Source of the DNA: Gaiellaceae bacterium
Lineage (GTDB): Bacteria; Actinomycetota; Thermoleophilia; Gaiellales; Gaiellaceae
Direction of reading: 5' to 3'
Length of the DNA: 64,000 nt
Assembly: GCA_036496305.1 (NCBI GenBank)
Contig: DASXLJ010000003.1
Coordinates: forward strand, 23,777 to 87,776
Both the position numbers and the translations under genes were made by a program. Under the pieces are notes generated by a model. The model saw only the letters and a list, made by a program, of their open reading frames with translations. It made no database searches and was not told the origin of the DNA. The stretch's first letter is position 1. Every line of letters begins with the position of its first letter. Positions 1 to 7,922 of the stretch are shown here, piece after piece.

Positions 1-226
<226 letters not shown>

Positions 227-259
227 TTACCTCCGTTATCTCTACTTACTGATGCTGTT

Positions 260-577
260 TTAGGCTGGGGCGCCGGCCGGCTCGCGGGTCCCAGTGACCT
301 TCGCGAGGACGTCCGACTCGCGGAGGATCAGGTACTCCTCCGTGCCGACCTTGATCTCGGTCCCGCCGTACTTGGAGAAGACGATCTCGTCGCCCTCCGC
401 CACGTCCATCGGGACGAACTTTCCGTTGTCGTCCCGGGGGCCGGGACCAACTGCGAGGACGCGGCCGCGCTGCGGCTTCTCCTTCGCGGTATCCGGAAGC
501 ACGATGCCGCTCGTCGTCGTCTCCTCTTCATCGAGGACTTCGACGATCAGGCGGTCACTCAGCGGCTTCAAGTTCAT
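260..577 (-). CDS. groES: Co-chaperonin GroES (105 aa)
   Basis: [46 protein letters not shown]... is a typical Cpn10. AGGAGG lies ~8 nt upstream of ATG 575-577 (rc). The 165-aa track ORF is upstream read-through. Confidence 0.95.
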   Translation of the reverse strand: MNLKPLSDRLIVEVLDEEETTTSGIVLPDTAKEKPQRGRVLAVGPGPRDDNGKFVPMDVAEGDEIVFSKYGGTEIKVGTEEYLILRESDVLAKVTGTREPAGAPA

Positions 578-611
578 GCAAAAGCCTCCTGGCTGCGATT
601 CATGTTCGTAG

Positions 612-638
612 TTGGCACTCTCAATACCCGAGTGCCGG
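612..638. promoter_or_regulatory. CIRCE-like inverted repeat (HrcA operator), copy 1
   Basis: TTGGCACTC-N9-GAGTGCCGG compared with the CIRCE consensus TTAGCACTC-N9-GAGTGCTAA. Sits just upstream of groES. Confidence 0.8.
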
Positions 639-651
639 GGCATTGTACGTG

Positions 652-678
652 TCGGCACTCTAGTCGTGCAAGTGCCAA
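652..678. promoter_or_regulatory. CIRCE-like inverted repeat, copy 2 (more degenerate)
   Basis: TCGGCACTC-N9-AAGTGCCAA, 40 bp from copy 1, between groES and the divergent NUDIX gene. Confidence 0.65.
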
Positions 679-695
679 GTGCTAGAACGGTACCG

Positions 696-1139
696 ATGCG
701 GCGGGAGTTCTCGGCGGGAGGAGTGCTGGTGCGGTCGATCCGCGGCCGGCCGCACATCGCCGCGATCCGCCCTCGCGGTCGGCCCGGCGTCTGGGCGCTG
801 CCGAAGGGGAAGATCGACGACGGGGAGTCCGCAGCAGAGGCAGCGCTGCGCGAGGTGCGCGAGGAGACCGGAGTCGTCGGGCACCTCGTCGAGAAGCTCG
901 GCGACGTCCGCTACACGTACACCGCCACGTGGGAGCCGGTCAAAGGAGAGAGGATCTTCAAGATCGTGAGCTTCTTCCTCCTCAGAGCCGGCCGCGGCCG
1001 GATCGACGACCTCGACGAGGAGATGCGTATCGAGGTCGACGAGGCGCGGTGGCTGCCACTCGACGACGCGCCGCGCCTGCTCACGCACAAGGGCGAGCGC
1101 GAGATGGCGGCGCGGGCGATCGAGAGGCTCAGCTCATGA
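696..1139 (+). CDS. NUDIX hydrolase
   Basis: Nudix box [23 protein letters not shown] (GX5EX7REUXEEXGU). Start taken at [12 protein letters not shown] (ATG 696). The stop overlaps the next gene (ATGA). Confidence 0.85.
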   Translation: MRREFSAGGVLVRSIRGRPHIAAIRPRGRPGVWALPKGKIDDGESAAEAALREVREETGVVGHLVEKLGDVRYTYTATWEPVKGERIFKIVSFFLLRAGRGRIDDLDEEMRIEVDEARWLPLDDAPRLLTHKGEREMAARAIERLSS

Positions 1140-2158
1140 TCAATGTCGCCGACTACCTCGACGCCGCGCGGGAGAAGGTCGCGCCCGAGGTCTGGTGCTA
1201 CTTCGAAGGCGGCGCCGGAGACGAGGTGACGCTCCGCGGGAACGTCGCCGCGTACGAGCGCTGGCAGTTGCGGCCGCGGATGCTCGTCGACGTGAGCGGG
1301 GTGACGACGACGGCGACGCTCCTCGGCACCGAGGTCGCGTCTCCGCTCGGGATCGCTCCGTTCGCGATGCAGGCACTGCTCGATCCCGACGGCGAGCTCG
1401 CCACTGCGCGCGCGGCTGCGGCGGCCGGCACGCTCATGTGCGTCTCGACGCTGACGACGCGGACGCACGCTGCGATCCGCGAGGCTGCCGGCGACGGGCC
1501 GCGCTGGTTCCAGCTCTACGTCCTCAAAGATCGGCAGCGAACGCTCGACCACATGCACGAAGCGCGGGAGGCCGGCTACTCGGCGCTCGTGCTCACCGTC
1601 GACGCGCCGTACATCGGCCGGCGCGAGCGCGACCTCCGGCTCGGCTTCGAGAACCCGCCGCCCGACCTCGACCTCCCGTACGCGAACCTCTTCGAGATGA
1701 CGCCGTCGCTCACGTGGCGCGACCTCGAGTGGATCCGCGCCGAGGTGCCGCTGCCGATCGTCATCAAGGGGATCCTCACGCGGGAGGACGCGGAGCTCGC
1801 GGTCGAGCACGGCGCCGACGCCGTCTGGGTCTCGAACCACGGCGGCCGTCAGCTCGACGGAGTCCCGGCCGGGCTCGAGGCGCTGCCGGAGGTCGCGGAC
1901 GCGGTCGCTGGACGCTGCGAGGTGTACGTCGACGGCGGCATCCGGCGCGGCACCGACGTCCTCAAGGCGCTCGCGCTCGGGGCAGACGCCGCGTTTGCGG
2001 CCCGCCCGTTCGCCTGCGCGCTCGCCGTCGGCGGCGAGGCCGGCGTCGCGCACGCGCTCTCGCTCCTCCGCGACGAGATCGAGCTCGGGCTCGGTCTCCT
2101 CGGGTGCACGTCCCCCGGGCAAGTCACGCGCGCACATGTTCAGCCAACGCCGTTCTGA
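1136..2158 (+). CDS. FMN-dependent alpha-hydroxy-acid dehydrogenase/oxidase (LldD/glycolate oxidase family)
   Basis: [36 protein letters not shown]...WFQLYVLKD...LTVDAPYIGRRERD...SNHGGRQLDG are hallmark motifs of the family. Confidence 0.85.
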   Translation: MINVADYLDAAREKVAPEVWCYFEGGAGDEVTLRGNVAAYERWQLRPRMLVDVSGVTTTATLLGTEVASPLGIAPFAMQALLDPDGELATARAAAAAGTLMCVSTLTTRTHAAIREAAGDGPRWFQLYVLKDRQRTLDHMHEAREAGYSALVLTVDAPYIGRRERDLRLGFENPPPDLDLPYANLFEMTPSLTWRDLEWIRAEVPLPIVIKGILTREDAELAVEHGADAVWVSNHGGRQLDGVPAGLEALPEVADAVAGRCEVYVDGGIRRGTDVLKALALGADAAFAARPFACALAVGGEAGVAHALSLLRDEIELGLGLLGCTSPGQVTRAHVQPTPF

Positions 2159-2177
2159 ATTGGCAGACTGACGGCCT

Positions 2178-2561
2178 GTGTTCGCGTTGAACTTCTACTC
2201 GCCGCTCGTGTCGGAGCAACTGCGGAGCGGCCGCAAGTCGGCCACGATCCGGCTCGGCGACAAGTCTGCGAAGTACAAGAAGGGGATGATCGTCAGCGTG
2301 CTGTGCGGCGTGCGCTTCAGCCCGCGCGAGCACGTCTTCGACGCGGTGATCGACAAGGTCGAGGTCAAGCGCCTCGGCGAGCTGTCACCGCGCGAGATCG
2401 AGCACGACAACCCGGAGATCCGCCGTAGCGACGAGCTCGCGACCTTCCTCGGCCAGCTCTACAACCGCGAAGTCGGCAGCGACGACCTCGTCACCGTGAT
2501 CCGCTTCTCGCAGATCATGAACGGCCCCGTCGTGCCGGCCTTCGAGGGCGACCTCTTCTAG
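2178..2561 (+). CDS. ASCH-domain (PUA-like fold) protein, 127 aa
   Basis: GTG start. SGRKSATIRLGD...FDAVIDKVEVKRLGELSPREIEHDN resembles the ASCH domain pattern. High third-position GC. Confidence 0.6.
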   Translation: MFALNFYSPLVSEQLRSGRKSATIRLGDKSAKYKKGMIVSVLCGVRFSPREHVFDAVIDKVEVKRLGELSPREIEHDNPEIRRSDELATFLGQLYNREVGSDDLVTVIRFSQIMNGPVVPAFEGDLF

Positions 2562-2563
2562 TT

Positions 2564-2592
2564 CCGTCGGAAGAGCTGCGCTCTTCCGACGG
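2564..2592 (+). terminator. Perfect 13-bp hairpin directly after the ASCH gene
   Basis: CCGTCGGAAGAGC-tgc-GCTCTTCCGACGG begins 3 nt after the stop. No U-tract, as is common in high-GC genomes. Confidence 0.5.
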
Positions 2593-2703
2593 GATTGAAG
2601 GAACTCCGGCGCGGAAGAGCGCGGTCTCCCGCGCCTCCCGTGCGTAGACCTCATTTGGTGCGAAGTTGGCACACCTCGCCATTGACAACACGGCGACTCT
2701 TCT

Positions 2704-2726
2704 AGGCGGTGTCGGACACCGTGTCC
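2704..2726 (-). repeat. 23-bp palindrome-core repeat ('P2'), inverted copy with 1 mismatch
   Basis: AGGCGGTGTCGGACACCGTGTCC is the reverse complement of GGAAACGGTGTCCGACACCGCCT with one substitution. The same element occurs at 42295-42342 (x2) and 58947-58969. Confidence 0.7.
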
Positions 2727-2789
2727 GCAAACGGAGGAGGCGCGCCCCCCGCTCGAGGCGTGGCAAAGCTCCGGGGCGAAGAACGGCTT

Positions 2790-2881
2790 GTAACACTTTG
2801 TCACTAACTCGGACAGCGTCGTTTTGGACGGGGGCCACAGATGAACACACGCATCCGCGGTCGCTAGTAACAAAGTGTTAC
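2790..2881 (+). repeat. ~92-bp element bounded by GTAACA-N3-TGTTAC palindromes ('P1' element, copy 1)
   Basis: GTAACACTTTGTCAC (2790-2804) and GTAACAAAGTGTTAC (2867-2881) are in inverted orientation. The core is ~50% identical, with conserved blocks, to the reverse complement of 45981-46073. AT-rich in a GC-rich genome. Confidence 0.6.
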
Positions 2882-2970
2882 TTGGAAAGACACGCCTCGT
2901 CGGGACGGGCCGAATTGCCGGCTGTCGGCGGTTTCGGCCGCTTAAGCGGCTCGAGCGGTTCGAGGCGGTT

Positions 2971-3468
2971 TCAGCGGTTCCAGGGGAGGTCGTCCCACGA
3001 GGCGGGACGTCCGTCTAGCCACTTCGGGAACGGCTCGTACGCGACGCTCGGCTTGTCCGTCTCCTCTTCGACGCCTGCGCCGTGCGCGAGCGCGGTCTCG
3101 TTCCGCTCGTAGATGATCGAACCCTCGCGCAACCCGAGCGTGACCATTACGCACGGCACGTCTCCCGCGCCGACGAACGCGTGCGGCGTGTCGCGTGCGC
3201 AGTGGAAGTAGTCCCACGGCTTCAGCGGCCGCTCCTCCCCGTCGACGATGAGCAGGCACTCGCCCTCTACGACAAGGAATCCCTCCTGGCCCGTCTCGCG
3301 GTGGTACAGCGTGCTCGGCTTGCCCGGCTCGAGGACGTGGACTCGCGCGCCGAACTGCTGCTCGTCGCCGCCCGGGACGAGCATCGTCCGCGCGCCGAAC
3401 TTCTCGTTCACGAACCAGTCGGTGTCCGCGACGTTGCGGACGAACCACTCAGCCACGGCGGATCCCAT
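2971..3468 (-). CDS. Cupin-domain protein (165 aa), paralogue of 14269-14745 and 14742-15224
   Basis: MGSAVAEWFVRNVADTDWF...VLEPGKPSTLYHRETGQEGFLVVEGECLLIVDGEERPLKPWDYFHCARDTPHAFVGAG is a two-motif cupin barrel. ATG at 3466-3468 (rc). Confidence 0.8.
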   Translation of the reverse strand: MGSAVAEWFVRNVADTDWFVNEKFGARTMLVPGGDEQQFGARVHVLEPGKPSTLYHRETGQEGFLVVEGECLLIVDGEERPLKPWDYFHCARDTPHAFVGAGDVPCVMVTLGLREGSIIYERNETALAHGAGVEEETDKPSVAYEPFPKWLDGRPASWDDLPWNR

Positions 3469-3736
3469 CACGGCGGATTGGGGAGCCGAACATCTCGTTC
3501 GGTCTGACCGGTTCGCCGCACTCCTCGCAGTCGACGACGGCGATCGAGGAGAACGCCGCGCCGCACGACTTGCAGCGCCGCAGCAATTCGCCGCCACACT
3601 GTGGGCAGGAGTCGGGCATCTCGGCCTCGTACTCCTCGAACCACCGGCGCGCCGCGCCGCAGCCGAGACAGAACGCAACCCAATCGCCGAGGACTTTCCG
3701 ACGCTCTTCCCGCAGCCAATCCGCCGCCTTCGCCAC
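3449..3736 (-). CDS. Small double zinc-ribbon protein (95 aa)
   Basis: Four CxxC pairs (CLGC, CPQC, CKSC, CEEC). 20-nt overlap with the downstream cupin gene. GC3-rich. Confidence 0.55.
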   Translation of the reverse strand: MAKAADWLREERRKVLGDWVAFCLGCGAARRWFEEYEAEMPDSCPQCGGELLRRCKSCGAAFSSIAVVDCEECGEPVRPNEMFGSPIRRDGIRRG

Positions 3737-3751
3737 CTCCTGACCTTAGCC

Positions 3752-4468
3752 GTGGCCGTCGTCCTGCTTGCGGGGTGCGCGACGGCACAGCACAAAGCGA
3801 CGCGGCCGAGACCCCGGCTTCGCATCGAGCCGTACACGCTCCACAGTCGGTTCGTCCACACGCCGCTCCACCCAATCCGCATCGTCCCGACGAAGCACGG
3901 GAACTGGACGCTCGTCCTCATGTACGGCCGCGGCGGCCGCCCGGCCGGCGAGCTCACCGGCCGGCTTCTCCGCGCGCTACAGAAGCTCGGCCGTCGCGCG
4001 CCGGTCGTGCTCCTCCCCGACGGCGGCGACCACAGCTACTGGCACAACCGCGCCGACGGCGCCTGGGAATCGATGGTGCTCAAGGAGATCGTCCCGAAGC
4101 ACGGGCGAGTCGCGATCGGCGGCATCTCGATGGGCGGGTACGGAGCACTTCTCCTCGGTGCGCGCCGCCACTTCTGCGCGGTCGAAGGCCACTCCCCGGC
4201 GCTCTGGTTCGGCGGCGCGTACAGCGCGCCAGGTGCGTTCGACGACGCCGAGGACTACGCGCGGAACGACATCGTGAACCACCCGCCGCACTACACCTCG
4301 CCGGTCTGGGTCGACGTCGGGACGGAAGATCCGTTCCACGACGCGGCCGTCTACTACGCGGACGAGATCCACGCCCAGCTCCACGTCTGGCCGGGCGGCC
4401 ACGACGGCGACTACTGGGACCCCCACTTCGCCCGGTACATGGCGTTCTATGTCCGGCATTGCGCCTGA
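3752..4468 (+). CDS. Putative esterase (alpha/beta hydrolase, esterase-D-like), probable lipoprotein; start uncertain
   Basis: GGDHSYWHN...IGGISMGGYGALLLG (GxSxG nucleophile elbow) and a lipobox LLAGC. There is no ATG/GTG/TTG upstream of the RRLRHLLTLAVAVVLLAGC signal. GTG 3752, CTG 3740 or ATC 3719 are possible starts. Confidence 0.7.
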   Translation: MAVVLLAGCATAQHKATRPRPRLRIEPYTLHSRFVHTPLHPIRIVPTKHGNWTLVLMYGRGGRPAGELTGRLLRALQKLGRRAPVVLLPDGGDHSYWHNRADGAWESMVLKEIVPKHGRVAIGGISMGGYGALLLGARRHFCAVEGHSPALWFGGAYSAPGAFDDAEDYARNDIVNHPPHYTSPVWVDVGTEDPFHDAAVYYADEIHAQLHVWPGGHDGDYWDPHFARYMAFYVRHCA

Positions 4469-4489
4469 CCTCACGGGGAACCACCCCGC

Positions 4490-5098
4490 ATGCGCATCTA
4501 TCCGGATATCCCCGTGCGCCGCGCGAATGCCGTCACGCGCGACGCGGCGACGATCATCGCCCTGATCGTGCTCGCCCTCCTCGGCCTCTGGGTCTATCAC
4601 GCCGTCGACAGCCTGACCATCCTCGGCCGCGGCGTTCACGACGCCGGCGCCGCCGTGCAGAACGGCTTCAACGGCGCCGCCGACAAGGTGGACGGCGTGC
4701 CGCTCGTCGGCGGCTCGATCGCAAGCGGACTGCGCGACGCGGGCGGAGCGACCGGCGGGAAGGTCGCGGACGCGGGGACGCGCGGCGAGCAGCGCATCCA
4801 CCGCGTCGCGCTGCTGCTCGGCGCGCTGACGTTCCTGCTTCCGGCCGCGTTCCTGCTCCAGCGCGTCGTGCCGCAGCGCGTGCGGCAGATCCGGACGCTG
4901 ACCGACGCCGAGCGCGTGCTCGCGACCGGCGGCGACCCGGAACGGCGCCGGCTCGTCGCGATGCGCGCCGCGTTCGCGCTGCCGTACGCGACGCTGCTCG
5001 CGCACACGAAGGATCCGCTCGGCGATCTCGCCGACGGCCGGCTCGAGCCGCTGCTCGACGCGATCGCCGAGGACGCGGGGTTGCGCGTCACGCGGTAG
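4490..5098 (+). CDS. Hypothetical membrane protein (2 predicted TM segments)
   Basis: Hydrophobic stretches ATIIALIVLALLGLWVY and VALLLGALTFLLPAAFLL. No recognisable catalytic motif. Confidence 0.55.
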   Translation: MRIYPDIPVRRANAVTRDAATIIALIVLALLGLWVYHAVDSLTILGRGVHDAGAAVQNGFNGAADKVDGVPLVGGSIASGLRDAGGATGGKVADAGTRGEQRIHRVALLLGALTFLLPAAFLLQRVVPQRVRQIRTLTDAERVLATGGDPERRRLVAMRAAFALPYATLLAHTKDPLGDLADGRLEPLLDAIAEDAGLRVTR

Positions 5099-5108
5099 CG
5101 TCGCGCGG

Positions 5109-6080
5109 GTGCCTGAGCAACCGTTCCCGAAGATCGAGCTGCACGTCCACCTCGAGGGGACGGTCCGCCCCGACACGCTGCGGCGGATTGCGGCGCGGAA
5201 CGACTACGCGCTCCCGGACGACCTCGAGGCGCAGTTCCGGTACCGCGACTTCATGCATTTCCTCGAGGTCTTCCAGCTCGTCGCGCACTCGCTGAAGCAC
5301 TACGACGACTTCCGCGAGATCGTCGTCGCGTACGCGGAGGAGGCGAAGGCGCACGGCGCCGTCTACCTCGAGGGCATCTTCGTGCCCGGTCTCTGGCGCG
5401 GGCTCGACACCGACGAGGTGTTCAGCGGCTATTGCGACGGAGCGCAGGAGGCGCGCGAGTTGCACGGCGTCGAGATCCGCCTCACGCCCGACATTCCGCG
5501 CGTCTTCTCGCTCGAGGATGCGCTGACGACGGCTCGCTTCGCCGTGAAGTATCGCGACCGCGGCGTCGTCGGCATCGGGCTCGGCGGCCCCGAGGAGGGC
5601 CATCCGCCGGAGCCGTACGCGGAGGCGTTCGCGCTCGCACGCGCGGGCGGCGTCGCCTCTGTGCCGCACGCCGGAGAAGCCGTCGGCGCCGAGTCCGTGC
5701 GCGGCGCGCTCGAAGCGCTGCACGCCGACCGGATCCGTCACGGCATCCGCGCTGTAGAGGACGCGGCACTCGTCGACGAGCTCGCGGGACGCGGCACCGT
5801 CCTCGACGTCTGCCCGCTGTCGAACCTTCGCACCGGCGTCGTCGCCTCGCTCGACGAGCATCCGCTGCCGCAGCTCGTCGCCGCCGGCGTGCAGTGCTCG
5901 ATCTCGACGGACGACCCCGCGATGTTCGACACCGACCTCACGCGCGATTACGAAGCGGCCGCCGCGCTCGGCGTCTCCCCGCGCGCCGCGTACGAGGCCG
6001 GAGTCGCCGGAGCCCTCTGCGACGACGCGACCCGCGAGCGCCTGCGTCAGGTCGGCGCCGACTTCGCCTGGGACGCCTAG
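5109..6080 (+). CDS. add: Adenosine deaminase
   Basis: PKIELHVHLEGTVRPDTL...SVPHAGE...STDDPAMF are classic adenosine/AMP deaminase metal-binding motifs. GTG start. Confidence 0.9.
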   Translation: MPEQPFPKIELHVHLEGTVRPDTLRRIAARNDYALPDDLEAQFRYRDFMHFLEVFQLVAHSLKHYDDFREIVVAYAEEAKAHGAVYLEGIFVPGLWRGLDTDEVFSGYCDGAQEARELHGVEIRLTPDIPRVFSLEDALTTARFAVKYRDRGVVGIGLGGPEEGHPPEPYAEAFALARAGGVASVPHAGEAVGAESVRGALEALHADRIRHGIRAVEDAALVDELAGRGTVLDVCPLSNLRTGVVASLDEHPLPQLVAAGVQCSISTDDPAMFDTDLTRDYEAAAALGVSPRAAYEAGVAGALCDDATRERLRQVGADFAWDA

Positions 6081-6832
6081 AGGGCGAGCAGATCGGCGTG
6101 CAGCTCGGGCGTCGCAGCGGCAACGAGCGAGTCGCTCTCGATCGTCCACGGCCGTCCGTCGATATCCGACACGACCGCCCCCGCCTCCGCGGCAAGCAGC
6201 GCCCCCGCCGCGACGTGCACCGCCGACGTCCAGAAGAGGACATAGGCGGAGACCCGACCCGCCGCGACATACGGAAGCGCGAGCGTCGTGCTCAGCGCCC
6301 GGATGTCCCAGCGAAACGCCACGATCGCGGCGGCAACTGCGCTTGCGGCACGCTCGCGCCGCGCTGGGTCCGGATCGGCGTGGCTGTCCTCTATGACGAT
6401 CGTCTCGCTCGCCTCGCTCGCAGCGAGCCGGATCCATTCGCCACCGCGTCGCGCCCAGGCGCCGCCGCCTCTCTCAGCGGCGTGCAGCTCCCCGGTCGAC
6501 GGATCGCCGACGACTCCAATCGTGACCACGCCGTCTTCGACGAGGGCGGCATTGACCGCATAGAGCGGGATCCCCGCCGCGAAATTGCGGGTGCCGCAGA
6601 TCGGATCGACGAGCCAGTACGCGTCGGCTGCTTCTCCGCCCGCCTCTTCTCCCACGACCGAGATGTCACCGAGCGCCTCCCGGAGGAAGTCTTCGATCTC
6701 GACATCGGCGGCAGTTACGATGTCGCGCGGGCCTTTCACCGTGACAGCGCTGACACCGACGCCACCGCGGGCGAGCGATAGTCCGTGCTCGACCGCGTCG
6801 AGCGCGACGCGAGTCTCGTCACGGAACCGCAC
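6077..6832 (-). CDS. Inositol monophosphatase family protein (251 aa)
   Basis: VVGEEAGG...YWLVDPICGTRNF...(WxVDPIDGT-like motif). GTG start at 6830-6832 (rc). The rest of the 701-aa track ORF is antisense to the E1 genes. Confidence 0.8.
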   Translation of the reverse strand: MRFRDETRVALDAVEHGLSLARGGVGVSAVTVKGPRDIVTAADVEIEDFLREALGDISVVGEEAGGEAADAYWLVDPICGTRNFAAGIPLYAVNAALVEDGVVTIGVVGDPSTGELHAAERGGGAWARRGGEWIRLAASEASETIVIEDSHADPDPARRERAASAVAAAIVAFRWDIRALSTTLALPYVAAGRVSAYVLFWTSAVHVAAGALLAAEAGAVVSDIDGRPWTIESDSLVAAATPELHADLLAL

Positions 6833-6836
6833 GAGG

Positions 6837-6862
6837 CCTAGCCTACGGGCCGTTAGGCTAGG
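6837..6862. promoter_or_regulatory. Perfect 9-bp inverted repeat filling a 33-bp divergent spacer
   Basis: CCTAGCCTA-cgggccgt-TAGGCTAGG between the IMPase start (6832) and the E1alpha start (6866). Confidence 0.4.
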
Positions 6863-6865
6863 GCC

Positions 6866-7909
6866 ATGGCTGTGAGAGAAGCGGAGCCCGTCGGCTCCCT
6901 CAACGAAGTGCGCGAGGCGGGACTCGACCGCGACGACCTGCTCGGCGTCTACCGCAACATGCTCATCACGCGCGGCGTCGAGGAGCGCGGGCACATCCTC
7001 TACCGGCAGGGCAAGATCCCGGGCTCGTTCTACACCGGCCGCGGGAACGAAGGCGCTGCCGTAGGCGTTGCGACGGCGATGCGCACGGAGGACGTCGGCA
7101 CACCGCTGCACCGCGACATGGGCGTCCACATCACGCGCGGCGTCGAGCCGTGGCGGATCTTCGCGCAGTACATGGGCCGTCAGGACGGCCCGACCCACGG
7201 CCGCGACGGCAACGTCCACATGGCCGACCAGCAGCTCGGACTGATCGCGATGGTCAGCCACCTCCCGGCGATGCTTCCCGTCGCCGTCGGCTGCGCGCTC
7301 GCCTTCCGCATTCGCGAGGAAGCGCGTGTCGCGGTCGGCTGGTTCGGCGAAGGAGCCTCCGCGCGCGGCGACGCCCACGAGTCGATGACGCTCGCCGGCA
7401 CACGCCGGCTTCCGATGGTCTTCGTCTGCGACAACAACCAGTTCGCCTACTCGACGCCGACGCAGTACGAGTACGCGACCGAGCACGTCGCCGACCGCGC
7501 GCAGGCGTACGGCTTCGAGGGAGTCGTCGTCGACGGCACCGACGTCCTCGCCGTCTACCGCGAGGCGAAGCGCGCGATCGAGAAGGCGCGCGCCGGCGGC
7601 GGGCCGACGCTCATCGAGTGCCTGACCCTGCGGATGGAGGGTCACGCCGTCCACGACGACGCGTTCTACGTGCCGAAGCAGATGTTCGAGAAGTGGGCCG
7701 AGTCGGACCCGATCGAGAGCTTCCGCACCTGGCTCCGCGACAACGCCGAGATGACCGACGAGGAGGAGGACGACATCGCCGCGAGCGTCAAGAAGCTCCT
7801 CATCACGTCGATGGAGCGCGCCGACGAGTCGCCGCAGCCCGATCCGGCGACCCTGACCCACGGCGTGTACGCAACGCCGGAAGACCTCGACACGCCCCAC
7901 CACAAATAG
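6866..7909 (+). CDS. 2-oxoacid (pyruvate/branched-chain) dehydrogenase E1 alpha subunit
   Basis: TPP-dependent E1 alpha pattern: YRQGKIPGSFYTGRGNEGAAVG...GEGASARGDAHESM...VCDNNQFAYSTP. Confidence 0.9.
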   Translation: MAVREAEPVGSLNEVREAGLDRDDLLGVYRNMLITRGVEERGHILYRQGKIPGSFYTGRGNEGAAVGVATAMRTEDVGTPLHRDMGVHITRGVEPWRIFAQYMGRQDGPTHGRDGNVHMADQQLGLIAMVSHLPAMLPVAVGCALAFRIREEARVAVGWFGEGASARGDAHESMTLAGTRRLPMVFVCDNNQFAYSTPTQYEYATEHVADRAQAYGFEGVVVDGTDVLAVYREAKRAIEKARAGGGPTLIECLTLRMEGHAVHDDAFYVPKQMFEKWAESDPIESFRTWLRDNAEMTDEEEDDIAASVKKLLITSMERADESPQPDPATLTHGVYATPEDLDTPHHK

Positions 7910-7922
7910 GCGGGCACAAGTA

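Noticed and set aside
2841-2867. Tiny ORFs inside the P1 cores: MNTRIRGR here, and a 33-codon ORF on the minus strand of the 45981-46073 copy.
   Set aside because: The peptides are unrelated in sequence and length even though the nucleotide blocks around the ATG are conserved. The conservation is at DNA/RNA level.
2790-2881. GTAACA-N3-TGTTAC as a LexA/Cheo box, parS or DnaA site.
   Set aside because: Half-site spacing (TAAC-N5-GTTA) does not match the Cheo box GAAC-N4-GTTC. The sequence differs from parS (TGTTTCACGTGAAACA) and DnaA boxes. Both loci are at gene 3' ends, not promoters.
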